Shown: one piece after another, positions 1 through 10,008 of the stretch
How the letters are laid out: each line of letters begins with the position of its first letter
Numbering within the stretch: position 1 is the first letter of the stretch
Virus record (IMG/VR): IMGVR_UViG_3300005614_000017
Coordinates: 1-45,841 of that record
Reading direction: 5' to 3' (one strand)
Length of the DNA: 45,841 nt
Origin: a virus
Notes under the pieces: generated by a model
The model's database searches: none
Seen by the model: only the letters and a program-made list of their open reading frames with translations
Told to the model about the DNA's origin: nothing
Position numbers and translations under genes: made by a program

Positions 1-100
1 GGCGGGACAGAAAGCCGGCGGACGCGGCGGCGCTGTCAGCTTCTTTCATGGCTCGGAAGTCGCGTGGTGGACCAATGCGCCCGACCATTTCGCATCGTCT
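1..100. repeat. Terminal direct repeat, left copy (identical to 45742-45841); marks circular closure or terminal redundancy
   Basis: Both ends read base by base: ggcgggacagaaagccggcg...ccgaccatttcgcatcgtct occurs at both termini, 100/100 identical. Confidence 0.97.
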
Positions 101-1297
101 GTGCAGTCCGTCGACGAAGTTAAGGGTGTATGGGGCGTTCTATGGCGCGAGCCTGCGAAGCCTCTGCCATTTGAGAAAGGGATTGGCACGATCGAGGGTT
201 GGGTAAAGCCGCCTTCCGAAATCTGGCTGGAAACAACGTCCGCCGGCCCTGTCGGCGAATTCTACAAGCGCTATAACGACGCCATGAAGGGCATCGGCCG
301 CTATCGCGCCGTGTTCGTGCCATGGACCGTTCAGAAAGAATATTATGAGGGTGGAGATTTCGTACCGTTTCAGGAAGCCGAAGAGGAAGGCGAACTTTCC
401 GAAGCCGAATATCAGGAATTGCACGGACTTTCGAATGGTCAAATGCTTTGGCGTCGAGCGAAGATCCATGAACTTGGTTCTGTCAGCATGTTCCGCCAAG
501 AATATCCAATCGACGTCACCGAAGCTTTTGCGGCGGCCGATATCGAGGGCGTGTATATCAAGCCGGCGATCGTCCTGCGCGCCCGCAAGCGCAAGATGGA
601 TGAACCCGACGCGCCGCTGATATTTGGAATAGATCCGGCTGGAGCTGGCGGCGATCGGTTCGCAGTGGCAATGCGTCGTGGCGACATGATCACGAAAATC
701 AAGCATAGGCTCAAACTCGAACATGACGACGCGGTGGCCTGGATCAGCGGCCTAATTGACGAATTCAATCCTGATCTTGTCTGCATTGATCGCGGCAATA
801 TTGGTGCGAACATTATTTCATCTCTTCGTGCGCTTAGTCCGCATTATCGCGAAGTCATCAAGGGCATTGACTTCGGCGGCACATCGAAATTCAAGCAAGC
901 GCACCCCAAGCGCGCCGGACCATTCAATGTTCGAGCGGAGATTTATCAGAAATTCCGACAATTCATGATCGACGGCGGCAAGATCCCGGACGATGATGAC
1001 CTAGCCTCCGATTGCAGCGGTCCGAAAACAAAGTACCGACCGAACAATGACTGGTTGCTTGAAAGCAAGCAGCAGATGAAGGACCGTGGCATTCGTAGCT
1101 CTGATCTATCAGACGCTTGTGCACTGACTTTTGCCGTTGAGAAGCATTTCGAGACGTGGAATAAGGCCCGCAAGCCAACGAGTTGGGGCCAGGGTTCATC
1201 GCCTGAAATGGTTCGCGTGCATTCGCCCGGCATCGGTGATAATGACGGGTTTTGGGAAGTGAACGTGAGCGGCAGCGACACGGGCTGGATGGCGTAA
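2..1297 (+). CDS. terL: Terminase large subunit, C-terminal (nuclease) part; 5' partial in this window
   Basis: The frame is open from nt 2, so the GTG listed at 101 is an internal Val. It continues the open-ended ORF 45260-45841 across the repeat (...FFHGSEVAWWTNAPDHFASS|VQSVDEV...). The joined product is about 592 aa. It sits directly upstream of the portal, and FGIDPAGAGGDRFA / CIDRGNIG acidic motifs fit an RNaseH-like terminase nuclease. Confidence 0.85.
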   Translation, partial: AGQKAGGRGGAVSFFHGSEVAWWTNAPDHFASSVQSVDEVKGVWGVLWREPAKPLPFEKGIGTIEGWVKPPSEIWLETTSAGPVGEFYKRYNDAMKGIGRYRAVFVPWTVQKEYYEGGDFVPFQEAEEEGELSEAEYQELHGLSNGQMLWRRAKIHELGSVSMFRQEYPIDVTEAFAAADIEGVYIKPAIVLRARKRKMDEPDAPLIFGIDPAGAGGDRFAVAMRRGDMITKIKHRLKLEHDDAVAWISGLIDEFNPDLVCIDRGNIGANIISSLRALSPHYREVIKGIDFGGTSKFKQAHPKRAGPFNVRAEIYQKFRQFMIDGGKIPDDDDLASDCSGPKTKYRPNNDWLLESKQQMKDRGIRSSDLSDACALTFAVEKHFETWNKARKPTSWGQGSSPEMVRVHSPGIGDNDGFWEVNVSGSDTGWMA

Positions 1298-1312
1298 TTT
1301 AAGGGGTGCGAG

Positions 1313-3523
1313 ATGGCCGGTTTTCGGGACACGATGGCGCTGGATTACGAAGCCAAGAAAAAGGTGACGAAAGTCCCTTCCGGCTTCGACAGTATCCAGG
1401 ATTTTCTGCAGGACATGCGGCAGAAATATGAGTGGGGCTACTCCTTCAACGAGCACAATATCGTGGCGGGCCGCGACGATGCAAAATTCGTTGTCGGCAA
1501 GCAATGGGACCCCGTTGTCGAGCAAGCCCGGAAAAATCAGCGCAAGCCGACACTGACCTTCAACCGCCTTGTGGCCTTTCTGGCGCAGATCGTCGGCAAC
1601 CGCCTCATGAACGAGACGGAAATTCGCGTTCTACCGAACAAGGGCGGCACGAAAGCTATCGCGAATATCCGCGAAGGCATTATTCGAATGATTTTCCAGC
1701 ACTCGAACGCGAATTTCGCTCGCGACGAGGCGTACAAATATCAGGTGATCGGCGGCCAGGGCGCTTACACGCTCAATATTGATTATGCCAGCGACGACGT
1801 GTTCGAGCAGGATATCATGCTGTCTTCGATCACGGACCCTTACGCTGCCGTGTTCGATCCCCTTGGCATCGAGCCCTCGGGTAAAGATTGTCAGTGGGGT
1901 TTCGTCGGCGACGACATTCCGCAGCAGGAATATAAGTACCGCTACCCTTGGGCCTCGGAAACGAGTTTCATGGATAGCAGGACGTGGAACCAGTCGGGAT
2001 TTTGGCTAGGCGATGACACGATCCGCATCGTGCGTTACTGGCGCATGGTGACGGAAGGCTACAAGACGCTTTGTCTGTATCAGGACGGTAGCGTGCACGA
2101 CGTCTCCGATATGGAGGAATATGAATATGCTCCGTTCGCGGAAACGCGCTCGGACGGCTCATTCTATACGCGCGACGTGCCGAACCGTTTTGCGCGCCTG
2201 TACGTTTGCTCTGGTGCAGAAATTTTAGAAGGGCCATTCGACTATCCGATTTCCTCGATCCCGATTTATCGCGTTGCCGGCTGGGAAGTGAACGATGGCG
2301 AGCGCATCCATCGTTGGGGCCTTATTCGCTTCCTGAAAGATCCGCAGCGCCTTCACAATTATTGGCGTTCGACGATCGCGGAACAGCTTGTCGCGGCACC
2401 CCGCAATAAGTGGGTGACGACACCGGATGCCGTGAAAGGTCATGAAGCGAAATGGCGCCGTGCGCCGACATCGGATGATCCTTTCCTCTATTACAATGAC
2501 GGCGAGACGCCACCGACGCACATTCCGCCGCCTGCACTCGATAGCGCTCTGATTGCGGAAGCTGGATCGTCGACACAGGATCTCAAGGATATTTCGAATA
2601 TCCACGAAGCCGCCTTGGGTGCGCCGTCGAATGAGGTTTCTGGTGTCGCAATTCAAAATCGTCAGATGGTGACGGACGTCGGCACCTACATTTACGAAGA
2701 TCGTTTGCGGATGGCGGATGAGCGTTGCGCCGAAAATTGCAACGAGCTTATTCCCTTTGTTTTCGATACGAAACGTCTTGTCGCCGTCATGGGTCGCGAT
2801 GATCAGATTGTCCAAGAAACGATCAACGATCCGTCCGATCCGAATTCTGACGTCACAGTCGGAAAATATCAGACGACCGTGACTGTTGGCCCGGCGTCTG
2901 CGACGAAGCGCACGCGCGCTCTTGAAGCCATGTTGACGTTCGTCAATGCAGCGCCCGAGACGGCGCAAATTGTCATGGATCTTATCGCAGAAGCTCAAGA
3001 TTGGCCGCAGTCGGTTGAATTTGTCCGCCGCTTCCGCATGATGCTGCCGCCTGGAATTATTCCGGAAGACCAGATGACGCCGCAGGAGCTGCAGATGCAG
3101 CAGCAGAAGGCACAGCAGGATCAGATGCAGCAGCAGATTGCCGCAGCCGGCGCACAGGCCGATATCTCGCTCAAGGCGCAGAAGGCGGCCGAAGCCGAAA
3201 GCCGTGCGCATCTTTCGATCGCGCAGGCCTACAAGGCGATCATGGATGCGAATGCCCGCACGGAAGACGTCGACGGCAAGAACCGCGAGCGTGGCGTCAA
3301 AACGGCCATGGGCATTCTCGATCAGCATAATAAAGTGATCGATGCTGATCACGAACATGACAAAGATATGGGCCATGTGTTGCCTGTTGCAGAACAGACA
3401 GCCATAGCCGATAACGCTCTTAAGGCGTCCAATACGGCGCTGAATTTTGCCAAGGCAAAGCAAATTCAGGATACGCCACCGCCTCAACCTCAAGTGCCTG
3501 GGAACGACGAAGGAGATGACTAA
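1313..3523 (+). CDS. Portal protein (P22-type), with Q-rich C-terminal coiled region
   Basis: 736 aa with AAGGGG RBS. The N-terminal region (GRDDAKFVVGKQWDPVVEQARKNQRKPTLTFNRL) is typical of portals. It lies between terL and the scaffold gene. The C-terminus has PQELQMQQQKAQQDQMQQQ. Confidence 0.88.
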   Translation: MAGFRDTMALDYEAKKKVTKVPSGFDSIQDFLQDMRQKYEWGYSFNEHNIVAGRDDAKFVVGKQWDPVVEQARKNQRKPTLTFNRLVAFLAQIVGNRLMNETEIRVLPNKGGTKAIANIREGIIRMIFQHSNANFARDEAYKYQVIGGQGAYTLNIDYASDDVFEQDIMLSSITDPYAAVFDPLGIEPSGKDCQWGFVGDDIPQQEYKYRYPWASETSFMDSRTWNQSGFWLGDDTIRIVRYWRMVTEGYKTLCLYQDGSVHDVSDMEEYEYAPFAETRSDGSFYTRDVPNRFARLYVCSGAEILEGPFDYPISSIPIYRVAGWEVNDGERIHRWGLIRFLKDPQRLHNYWRSTIAEQLVAAPRNKWVTTPDAVKGHEAKWRRAPTSDDPFLYYNDGETPPTHIPPPALDSALIAEAGSSTQDLKDISNIHEAALGAPSNEVSGVAIQNRQMVTDVGTYIYEDRLRMADERCAENCNELIPFVFDTKRLVAVMGRDDQIVQETINDPSDPNSDVTVGKYQTTVTVGPASATKRTRALEAMLTFVNAAPETAQIVMDLIAEAQDWPQSVEFVRRFRMMLPPGIIPEDQMTPQELQMQQQKAQQDQMQQQIAAAGAQADISLKAQKAAEAESRAHLSIAQAYKAIMDANARTEDVDGKNRERGVKTAMGILDQHNKVIDADHEHDKDMGHVLPVAEQTAIADNALKASNTALNFAKAKQIQDTPPPQPQVPGNDEGDD

Positions 3524-4533
3524 TGAATATTGGTGACGATCGCAGCGACTTCGACGCGCATTTCGAAGATATGGCCGGTTCCGGCGAAGTCGAAGTGGGC
3601 GATACCAACGCCGCGCCGAGCAAGGATGAGGCTGACGACAAGCAACCGCCCAAGCGCCCGCTGTCTGGCGCCGCCAAGGCCGCGCAGGAAGCCAAGCAGG
3701 CCCGCGAAGCTGCCGCTGCTAGCGCTGACGAGCAGGGCGATCCGGAGGATGGCGGCGAGGATGACGAGCAGGGCGATCCGGAGGACGGCGAAGAGCAGCC
3801 TAAGCGCAAGACGCCTTCGCAGCGCATTCAGGAGCTGACGCGCCGAAACCGCGAATATGAGCGGCGTTTCGAGCGGCTTGAGGCGGAGCTTGCCGCCTCG
3901 AAAAATCCCTCTGGACAGCAGCCGGAGAAGCAGGATAAATATGCTGCTATCGGTACGCCGCCCGATCCCAACGATCAGGCCAAGTATCCCCTCGGGCATC
4001 TCGACGAGAAATACGTCGAAGATGCGATCGATTATCGCGTCAAGAAAGTCGCGATCGATCAAGCCGACGCGGCCCTGCAACGTCAGCAGGAACAGCGCCA
4101 AACCGAAACGCTCGAAGCTCAACAGCGCGAATTGCTGCAGAAGGTTGATACCCTGCAGAAAAAGGGCGCGGAGCTTTTTGACGACTACGAAGAACGTGTC
4201 GTCGAGACGGCCAAGCGCGGCGAATGGAAGCTCCAGCAGCCGACATTCGAAGCCGCCAGCGAAGTCGAGAACGGCGCTGAAATTCTGTCCAATCTGGCAG
4301 ACGATCCCGACGAAGCCGAGCGCGTTTCGAAATTGTCGCCTCGTCAGCAGATCCTTTACGTAGAAGCCGAAAACGAAAAAATTTCGGCCAAGCGCAAGGG
4401 ACGGACCAAGCCGGGAGCAGGCGCCCCGCCAAAGACCAACACGCGCGGCGCCAATTCCAGTCATCGCATCAATCCCGCCACCGATAATCTCGACGATTTC
4501 GAGAAAGCTTGGGAACAGGACGCGAAAAAGTAG
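3523..4533 (+). CDS. Scaffolding protein (acidic, coiled-coil)
   Basis: TAATG overlap with the portal stop and GAAGGAG RBS. The protein is highly charged, with heptad-like E/K/Q/L-rich stretches. It lies between portal and coat, as in P22. Confidence 0.65.
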   Translation: MNIGDDRSDFDAHFEDMAGSGEVEVGDTNAAPSKDEADDKQPPKRPLSGAAKAAQEAKQAREAAAASADEQGDPEDGGEDDEQGDPEDGEEQPKRKTPSQRIQELTRRNREYERRFERLEAELAASKNPSGQQPEKQDKYAAIGTPPDPNDQAKYPLGHLDEKYVEDAIDYRVKKVAIDQADAALQRQQEQRQTETLEAQQRELLQKVDTLQKKGAELFDDYEERVVETAKRGEWKLQQPTFEAASEVENGAEILSNLADDPDEAERVSKLSPRQQILYVEAENEKISAKRKGRTKPGAGAPPKTNTRGANSSHRINPATDNLDDFEKAWEQDAKK

Positions 4534-4587
4534 TTTCCGCCGCGAGGGATTTCCCCGACCGGCTTTTTGCAAGGAAGGGGAAATCCC

Positions 4588-5904
4588 ATGGGTGCCGTTA
4601 CCGTCGAACAGCAGAAGCTCGTCCTCAACGCCTTTGCGATGGTGTTGCAGAATAATCTCGTATCCGCCCAAGTCGTTTCGTGGAACGAAATGGACGGCGA
4701 GATGGATGATCGCAACGGCCTGCAGGTCCTCGAACAGGTCACGCCGCGTTTCAACATCACGCGCACTGAGCAGGGCGTGAAGGATCTTTCCGGCGGCACC
4801 GATGGCGTCGTTTTCGGTTCCGAGCTGTTCGCCGTCACCGGCACCTTCAACGCCAACATGGGTTGGGGCGATTTCGTCAAAATCCAGTCGATCGGCGATG
4901 CCCGTGAGAGCAAGGCGCTGCTTGGCGCCGCTACGTCGCTGGCGGAAAAGATCGACGCCTACATTCTCGCCGCCTGCGTCTACGCCTCGAACAACTGGAC
5001 CGGCACGCCGGGCAACCCGATCGTCACCTATGACGACGCGGCGGGCGGCTATACGCGTCTCAAGGAAGAGGGCGTCGACGATAGCGATCTCGCTTACGTC
5101 TTCAATTTCTTCGACAAGCAGAAGCTCGGCAACAACGTCGTCTACAATATCACGGGCGGCCAGCCGCTTCCGGCCGGCACCTACCGCCGTGGCTTTCAGG
5201 GCGAAATTGGCGGCGTCAACACGCTGTTCACGCAGCAGCTTCCGGTTCTGACGACGGGTTCACGTTCGGCGACTGCCGGCACTGTCACCAATGCGAATTC
5301 CAACGTGAATTACGCGGCGGTGGCGAAGGCGGGAACCGTCAACGGCCTTCGCCTCACGCAGACGCTTGTCGTCGGCAATCTCGGCGCGAATGCGTCTGTC
5401 GAGGCCGGCGCCGTTTTCACCATGGCCGGCGTTTTTGCCTACGACCAGCGCAAGCAGGCCCTGGTCAATCCGGCCCGTCTGCAGCAGTTTACCGTTGTCA
5501 ATGCGGTGACGGCGGACGGCACGGGCGCTGCGACCCTGACGATTTTTCCGGCACTGATCGTTCCGGGCTCCGGCACGGGCGACAATATCAACATCAATAC
5601 GGCTCATGCGACCGTCAACGCCGCTCCGGCGGCCGGCGCTCTCATGACCTTCGTCGGCGCTGCGTCGACCAGCTATGGCCCGCGCCTGCTGATCCAGAAG
5701 GACGCCATGGTCGTCAACACCGTGCCGCTCATTCTGCCGGCTTCGGACACGTCCATGCGCCGCAAGCTGTCGAAGATCCCGCTGACTGTCCGCATGTGGC
5801 AGCATTCGGACTTCAATACCGGCGTGCATGGTGTCCGGTTCGACGTCGCGATGAACATCAACGTCCGTGAGCGGCGCCGCCTGACGCGCGTGAACGGCAG
5901 CTAA
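4588..5904 (+). CDS. Major capsid protein, P22 coat-like
   Basis: ATG at 4588 is preceded by AAGGAAGGGG; the track start at 4567 is a TTG. Segments resemble P22 gp5 from memory (FQGEIGGVNTLFTQQLPVLTTGS; AVFTMAGVFAY; LLIQKDAMVVNTVPLILPAS). A strong terminator follows. Confidence 0.85.
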   Translation: MGAVTVEQQKLVLNAFAMVLQNNLVSAQVVSWNEMDGEMDDRNGLQVLEQVTPRFNITRTEQGVKDLSGGTDGVVFGSELFAVTGTFNANMGWGDFVKIQSIGDARESKALLGAATSLAEKIDAYILAACVYASNNWTGTPGNPIVTYDDAAGGYTRLKEEGVDDSDLAYVFNFFDKQKLGNNVVYNITGGQPLPAGTYRRGFQGEIGGVNTLFTQQLPVLTTGSRSATAGTVTNANSNVNYAAVAKAGTVNGLRLTQTLVVGNLGANASVEAGAVFTMAGVFAYDQRKQALVNPARLQQFTVVNAVTADGTGAATLTIFPALIVPGSGTGDNININTAHATVNAAPAAGALMTFVGAASTSYGPRLLIQKDAMVVNTVPLILPASDTSMRRKLSKIPLTVRMWQHSDFNTGVHGVRFDVAMNINVRERRRLTRVNGS

Positions 5905-5948
5905 GTCAACCGCCAGGACACGGCTTTATCTCCGGCCGTGGGTTGAGA

Positions 5949-5996
5949 GGCACCCCATCCCGTCCACCCGCGCGGGGTGGGGTGCTTTCGTTTTCG
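5949..5996 (+). terminator. Rho-independent terminator after the coat gene
   Basis: GCACCCCA (5950-5957) pairs with TGGGGTGC (5978-5985), followed by TTTCGTTTTC. Confidence 0.75.
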
Positions 5997-6013
5997 CAGG
6001 AAGGAATTTTGCC

Positions 6014-6838
6014 ATGGCCGTAAATCCCAACACGCCGGTTCTTCCGACCCGCGCCACGAATAATGAGCGCGGCTACATCAACATCGATGTCCAGGCGGCA
6101 GATCCCAACGACCCGACGCCTTCCGGATCGAGCGCGAAGGCTCTCGGCGTTTTCATCGCTGGCGTCCTTGATCCTACCACAGGGGCAATTAATCCGGCTC
6201 CGAGTAGTTCGCCGACAGGCGGAAGCATGGTGCAAGGCAATGTAGCCTCGGGAACGGCTGACAGCGGCAATCCGGTGAAAGTGGGCGCAGTCTACAACAT
6301 AACAGCGCCAACATACGCGACAGGTCAGCGCACTGATTTGCAAGCGGATAATACGGGAAATATTAAAATTACCCCGTATGCCGGAACTTCGCCATTGATA
6401 TTCAATGGGGCGCTTACTGATGCGCAAAGTAACACGATCGTCGGAAATGGCGTAACTCCAACACGGCCGGCGAAATGGAATGGCACGACCTGGGATCGCG
6501 ATCGTAAGCCCAACATCAAATCCCGCATCACGTCCACGGCTGCAGGCGGCTCGCCGACGAACGTCAAGACGACGGCAGGCGATCTTGTCGGCTTTTGGGG
6601 CCAGAACGGGGCCGCGATCACGTATCTGCAGATTTACGACAAGGCCAGTGCGCCGGTCGTCGGCACTGATACGCCGATCGCGACTTATCCGATCCCGGCG
6701 AATGCCACGTTCAATCAGGGAATTTCCGGCGGCCTGTATCTGGCAAACGGCGTTTCCTATGCTTTTACCACGGACGCCGCAGGAACGACGGGCGCAGCGG
6801 CTGCTGCCGTCACGGCTTTTGCGCTGTTCGCAGCCTAA
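6014..6838 (+). CDS. Hypothetical virion-associated protein (A/G/T-rich)
   Basis: 274-aa ORF with AGGAAGGA RBS, first gene after the coat terminator. No motif recognised. Confidence 0.6.
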   Translation: MAVNPNTPVLPTRATNNERGYINIDVQAADPNDPTPSGSSAKALGVFIAGVLDPTTGAINPAPSSSPTGGSMVQGNVASGTADSGNPVKVGAVYNITAPTYATGQRTDLQADNTGNIKITPYAGTSPLIFNGALTDAQSNTIVGNGVTPTRPAKWNGTTWDRDRKPNIKSRITSTAAGGSPTNVKTTAGDLVGFWGQNGAAITYLQIYDKASAPVVGTDTPIATYPIPANATFNQGISGGLYLANGVSYAFTTDAAGTTGAAAAAVTAFALFAA

Positions 6839-6850
6839 GGGAGAAATATC

Positions 6851-7234
6851 ATGGCTCTGTGGCATTTTCTCAAAGACGACGCCGGATTTTCCTGGGAAGA
6901 AAATGGCGATATCGTCAGCAGCTTTGACGACGGGCTTGCCTTCATTCCCGGCGAGGACGGTTTCGATCGTTCGGCCGCCGACCAGAAGGCGGCGAGCCTG
7001 GGTGCCGGCGTGACGGCAGAATATACCGGCACTCCCAACTATGCCGCTCGAATCGAGCAAGAGCAGGCGACTGCCGCAGCCAATGCGGAAATCGACGCTA
7101 TGCTCAATCCGCCCGATCCGCTGCAGCAGGCGCGAGACGCAATCAATGCGAAATACGATGCACTGCTTGCGGCGGCACCGGATCGCAGTGCCGATATCGA
7201 GCGTTTGCGTACCGCAGAGTTGGAGAACCTGTAA
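6851..7234 (+). CDS. Hypothetical protein (structural block)
   Basis: 127-aa ORF. The RBS context AAGGGAGAAATATCATG is nearly identical to the one at 9996-10011. Confidence 0.55.
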   Translation: MALWHFLKDDAGFSWEENGDIVSSFDDGLAFIPGEDGFDRSAADQKAASLGAGVTAEYTGTPNYAARIEQEQATAAANAEIDAMLNPPDPLQQARDAINAKYDALLAAAPDRSADIERLRTAELENL

Positions 7235-7264
7235 ATTCATCAATCAGCGGGGCGGAGACGTTGT

Positions 7265-7591
7265 ATGGCTTGGTTTTCATCTACCCCGATGATTGCAGAT
7301 ATTCTTTCTCGCTTCACGCCTGCTTCCGGAGCGAATATTCAAATTCCGGCAGGTGTGACTTTGTGCATTATCGATAATGCGACACTGCTTGCAGTGCTGA
7401 CTGTCACTTTTCCGCCGAACCCTATCGACGGGCAGAGATTGATTATTGCGGCAAGCGCCGCGATCACGCTCATGACCTGTGCCACGACGGACGGTTCGGC
7501 GATCAAAGGCCCGCTGGCGTCACTGGTGGCGAACGCTTATGCGCGGTATAGTTACGTCGCTGCCGCGAATGCGTGGTTTCGCACAGGCTAA
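7265..7591 (+). CDS. Hypothetical protein (structural block)
   Basis: 108-aa ORF with GGAGA RBS, co-oriented and tightly spaced. Confidence 0.5.
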   Translation: MAWFSSTPMIADILSRFTPASGANIQIPAGVTLCIIDNATLLAVLTVTFPPNPIDGQRLIIAASAAITLMTCATTDGSAIKGPLASLVANAYARYSYVAAANAWFRTG

Positions 7592-7604
7592 AAGGAGGCT
7601 GGAA

Positions 7605-7934
7605 ATGGAAGACAAGACGCTCGCCGATCCCAAGGCGAACAAGAATTGGCCGGCATGGCGCTATGGGCCGGACGGCAAGAGCGGCATTTTCGATCGCGAA
7701 GAGGACGTGCCGACCGGATGGACGGACCATCCCGACAACGTCGGCAAGACGGAGGCCGAAAAGCCGTCGACCAACGCTGACGGCGAGGAAATCGACAATT
7801 TCGGCGTGACGTGGAATGCCGACGTCAACACGCCGGACAAGAGCAAGACGAAGGGCGGCCTTTGGAAGCTGCTGCCCGGCAAGTCGCGTCCGGCGCCGGC
7901 CGAAGGTTTCCCGAAAGAGACTTTCGATCTTTAA
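7605..7934 (+). CDS. Hypothetical protein ending in ...ETFDL
   Basis: ATG at 7605 is preceded by AAAGGAGG; the track start at 7479 overlaps the previous gene. 109 aa, C-terminus FPKETFDL. Confidence 0.6.
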   Translation: MEDKTLADPKANKNWPAWRYGPDGKSGIFDREEDVPTGWTDHPDNVGKTEAEKPSTNADGEEIDNFGVTWNADVNTPDKSKTKGGLWKLLPGKSRPAPAEGFPKETFDL

Positions 7935-7959
7935 TTTCTGACGACAGGGGAGAGCTTCC

Positions 7960-8739
7960 GTGACTTTGGTATCTGACATCATCGTCCAGGCATTTCGCGA
8001 GAATAATATCTTGCCGCTTGGAAAGACGCCGACGGATGCGCAAAACACGGAAGCTCTTATCCTGTACAATGCGAATTTGAACAGTTTTTACGGAACGGAT
8101 GTCGGCGAGCATTTACAGGATTGGCCGCTTGGCGATTTCGGCCTCGATCCGGAAAATCCTCTCACGTCCTATTATCCGCTTTTCGATTATAGGTGCGTGC
8201 AAGGTCCGCGCATCAACTCGCGCCTGATCGCGACCAATCCACAAGCTATGTCAGTCGATTTTCCGTCTCGGGCTCAAGACGGCGCGCGCATGGCGATTAT
8301 CGATCCCTACGGCCGGCTGGCGAGCGCTCCTGTGACGCTCAACGGCAACGGACGGACGATCGAAGGCGCACCGACGCAGCTCATCAATACGGACAGTCAG
8401 CGGACGGTATGGATGTATCGAGCTGATCGCGGCGACTGGATGAAAATTTCACAGCTTACGCTAGCGGATGAAAATCCTTTTCCGCTCGAATTTGATCAAC
8501 TCATCTGGTGCCGTTTGGCCTTGAGGCTCAATCCGCGTTTCGGCCGCGCCATGGATGATCAGACGCGCGAAGTTCTTTCCGTCCTGAGCAGGGATTTCAA
8601 GGCGCGCTACATCAACTCTCAGCCGCTCGAACGTGATCAGGATATCGCGTGGCCGTTCATGAGCCGTCAGGGCTACGATACGGAGCGTGCTTTCACGTCG
8701 ACGCCGGCTTTCAATCGAGGGGACCCTTTCAGTGGTTGA
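7960..8739 (+). CDS. Hypothetical structural protein in the position of a P22 gp4-type head-completion/tail adaptor
   Basis: GTG start with GGGGAGAG RBS, 259 aa. The assignment rests on gene order only. Confidence 0.45.
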   Translation: MTLVSDIIVQAFRENNILPLGKTPTDAQNTEALILYNANLNSFYGTDVGEHLQDWPLGDFGLDPENPLTSYYPLFDYRCVQGPRINSRLIATNPQAMSVDFPSRAQDGARMAIIDPYGRLASAPVTLNGNGRTIEGAPTQLINTDSQRTVWMYRADRGDWMKISQLTLADENPFPLEFDQLIWCRLALRLNPRFGRAMDDQTREVLSVLSRDFKARYINSQPLERDQDIAWPFMSRQGYDTERAFTSTPAFNRGDPFSG

Positions 8740-9997
8740 TATTCCTCTCGGCCGCGCTGACTATGACCGTCGTGTCGCCAAGGAAGCGCGCATTCAGACA
8801 CGAAATCGCTTTTTCGAGCAGAACCCTGTTCTGAACGATCAGCAGACTGCACTTATTTCACGCCCCGGCATGAAGCGATATTTGTATGTTGGCGATGGCC
8901 CGATCCGCGCCGTCTATTCGCAGCCGGGCGACTTCAATGAAGCGCTTTTCGTAGTCAGCGGCACGGAATGGTATCGCGTCGATACAGACGGAACCGTGAC
9001 GCTGCTGATTGGCGGCCTCAACCCATCCGGCTCGCCCTCCATGGCCGCGACAGGAACGATTGGCGACGGAGTGAATGCCACGCCGGAATATCTTTTCATG
9101 GCAGATGGGCGCGATCTTTATCTGTACATGGAAAATTCCTACGCGATCGGCACTGTCTCAGGAACGCCTGCGAACGGCTATACGATCACACTTGGGACGA
9201 TCCATTATCAGTTTACGAACGCCAGCGTTGATGCCGGCACACCTGACGGAAGCGCTGCTCATCCTTGGCTAGTGGCCTTGGGAGCCAATGCTGCAGCGGC
9301 ATGGACGAATTTTGGCAACGCTGTTTCTGCGACAGGCATTGGCGGAACGGATTATTCGACGGCGCTTGCCGCAAATCCGGATGCACAGAAAATTGCGACA
9401 GGCGCGACGGCTGTCACCGTTCGAGCAAACACGGCTGGCGCGATCGGTGATATTACATCGACCAGCACAGGCGCCAATATCGCCTGGACGAATGCGACCT
9501 TGACGGGTGGCGGGACGCCGCAAGTGACGCAAGTCGAGATGCCCAACGATGTTGGAGCGATTTCTGTCGGCTATATCGCTTCATATGTCGTCGTGATCCC
9601 GGCACAGGTAACGGACTTCAACGGCCGATTTTATTGGATCGAGCCTGGAGAGACGACCGTCGATCCTCTCGATTTTGCCACGGCCGAACGCGCGCCAGAT
9701 CCGGTTTTTGCCGTTGTCGTGTTTGGGGACCAATTTTGGTTGCCGGGATCGAACACGACAGAAGTCTGGTATTTTACCGGAAATATTGATGCACCTGTCC
9801 AGAGACTGCAAGGCGTGGCCTTTGATCGAGGGACGTGGGAAGGTACGGCCATACAGGTCAAGGAAAGCATGATCATCGTGGACAGTGATGGAGGCGTTTT
9901 TCAGATCGCAGGAGGCCTTAACAGGATCTCAAATCCGTCGATCGAAGAACGCATTCGCAAGGCTATTGCATATCAGTCTTTCCGAAATATGCTTTAA
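8732..9997 (+). CDS. Putative P22 gp10-like tail hub / packaged-DNA stabilisation protein
   Basis: GTG at 8732 overlaps the upstream stop, with GAGGGGA upstream; the alternative start is GTG 8687. The N-terminal pattern (RPGMKRYLYVGDGPIRAVYS...ALFVVSGTEWYRVDTDGT) resembles gp10 from memory, and gene order agrees. Confidence 0.5.
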   Translation: MVDIPLGRADYDRRVAKEARIQTRNRFFEQNPVLNDQQTALISRPGMKRYLYVGDGPIRAVYSQPGDFNEALFVVSGTEWYRVDTDGTVTLLIGGLNPSGSPSMAATGTIGDGVNATPEYLFMADGRDLYLYMENSYAIGTVSGTPANGYTITLGTIHYQFTNASVDAGTPDGSAAHPWLVALGANAAAAWTNFGNAVSATGIGGTDYSTALAANPDAQKIATGATAVTVRANTAGAIGDITSTSTGANIAWTNATLTGGGTPQVTQVEMPNDVGAISVGYIASYVVVIPAQVTDFNGRFYWIEPGETTVDPLDFATAERAPDPVFAVVVFGDQFWLPGSNTTEVWYFTGNIDAPVQRLQGVAFDRGTWEGTAIQVKESMIIVDSDGGVFQIAGGLNRISNPSIEERIRKAIAYQSFRNML

Positions 9998-10008
9998 GGG
10001 GAAATATC

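Noticed and set aside
2225-3493. A 422-aa minus-strand ORF antisense to the portal gene. Similar long antisense ORFs occur at 3520-4671, 5906-7243, 14683-15576 and 15518-16798 (minus strand) and at 23583-24329, 27942-28634, 29085-29984, 31949-32731 and 33201-33935 (plus strand).
   Set aside because: They are Arg/Cys-rich shadow frames of well-supported genes on the opposite strand in GC-rich DNA. They have no RBS or coupling and no recognisable motifs.
4567-4587. The TTG start at 4567 for the coat gene, and upstream track starts for the genes at 7479, 13323, 18312, 19714, 20394, 26589, 27151, 33875, 41772 and 44320.
   Set aside because: Downstream ATG or GTG starts have proper SD spacing or stop-start overlaps, and they remove long overlaps with upstream genes.
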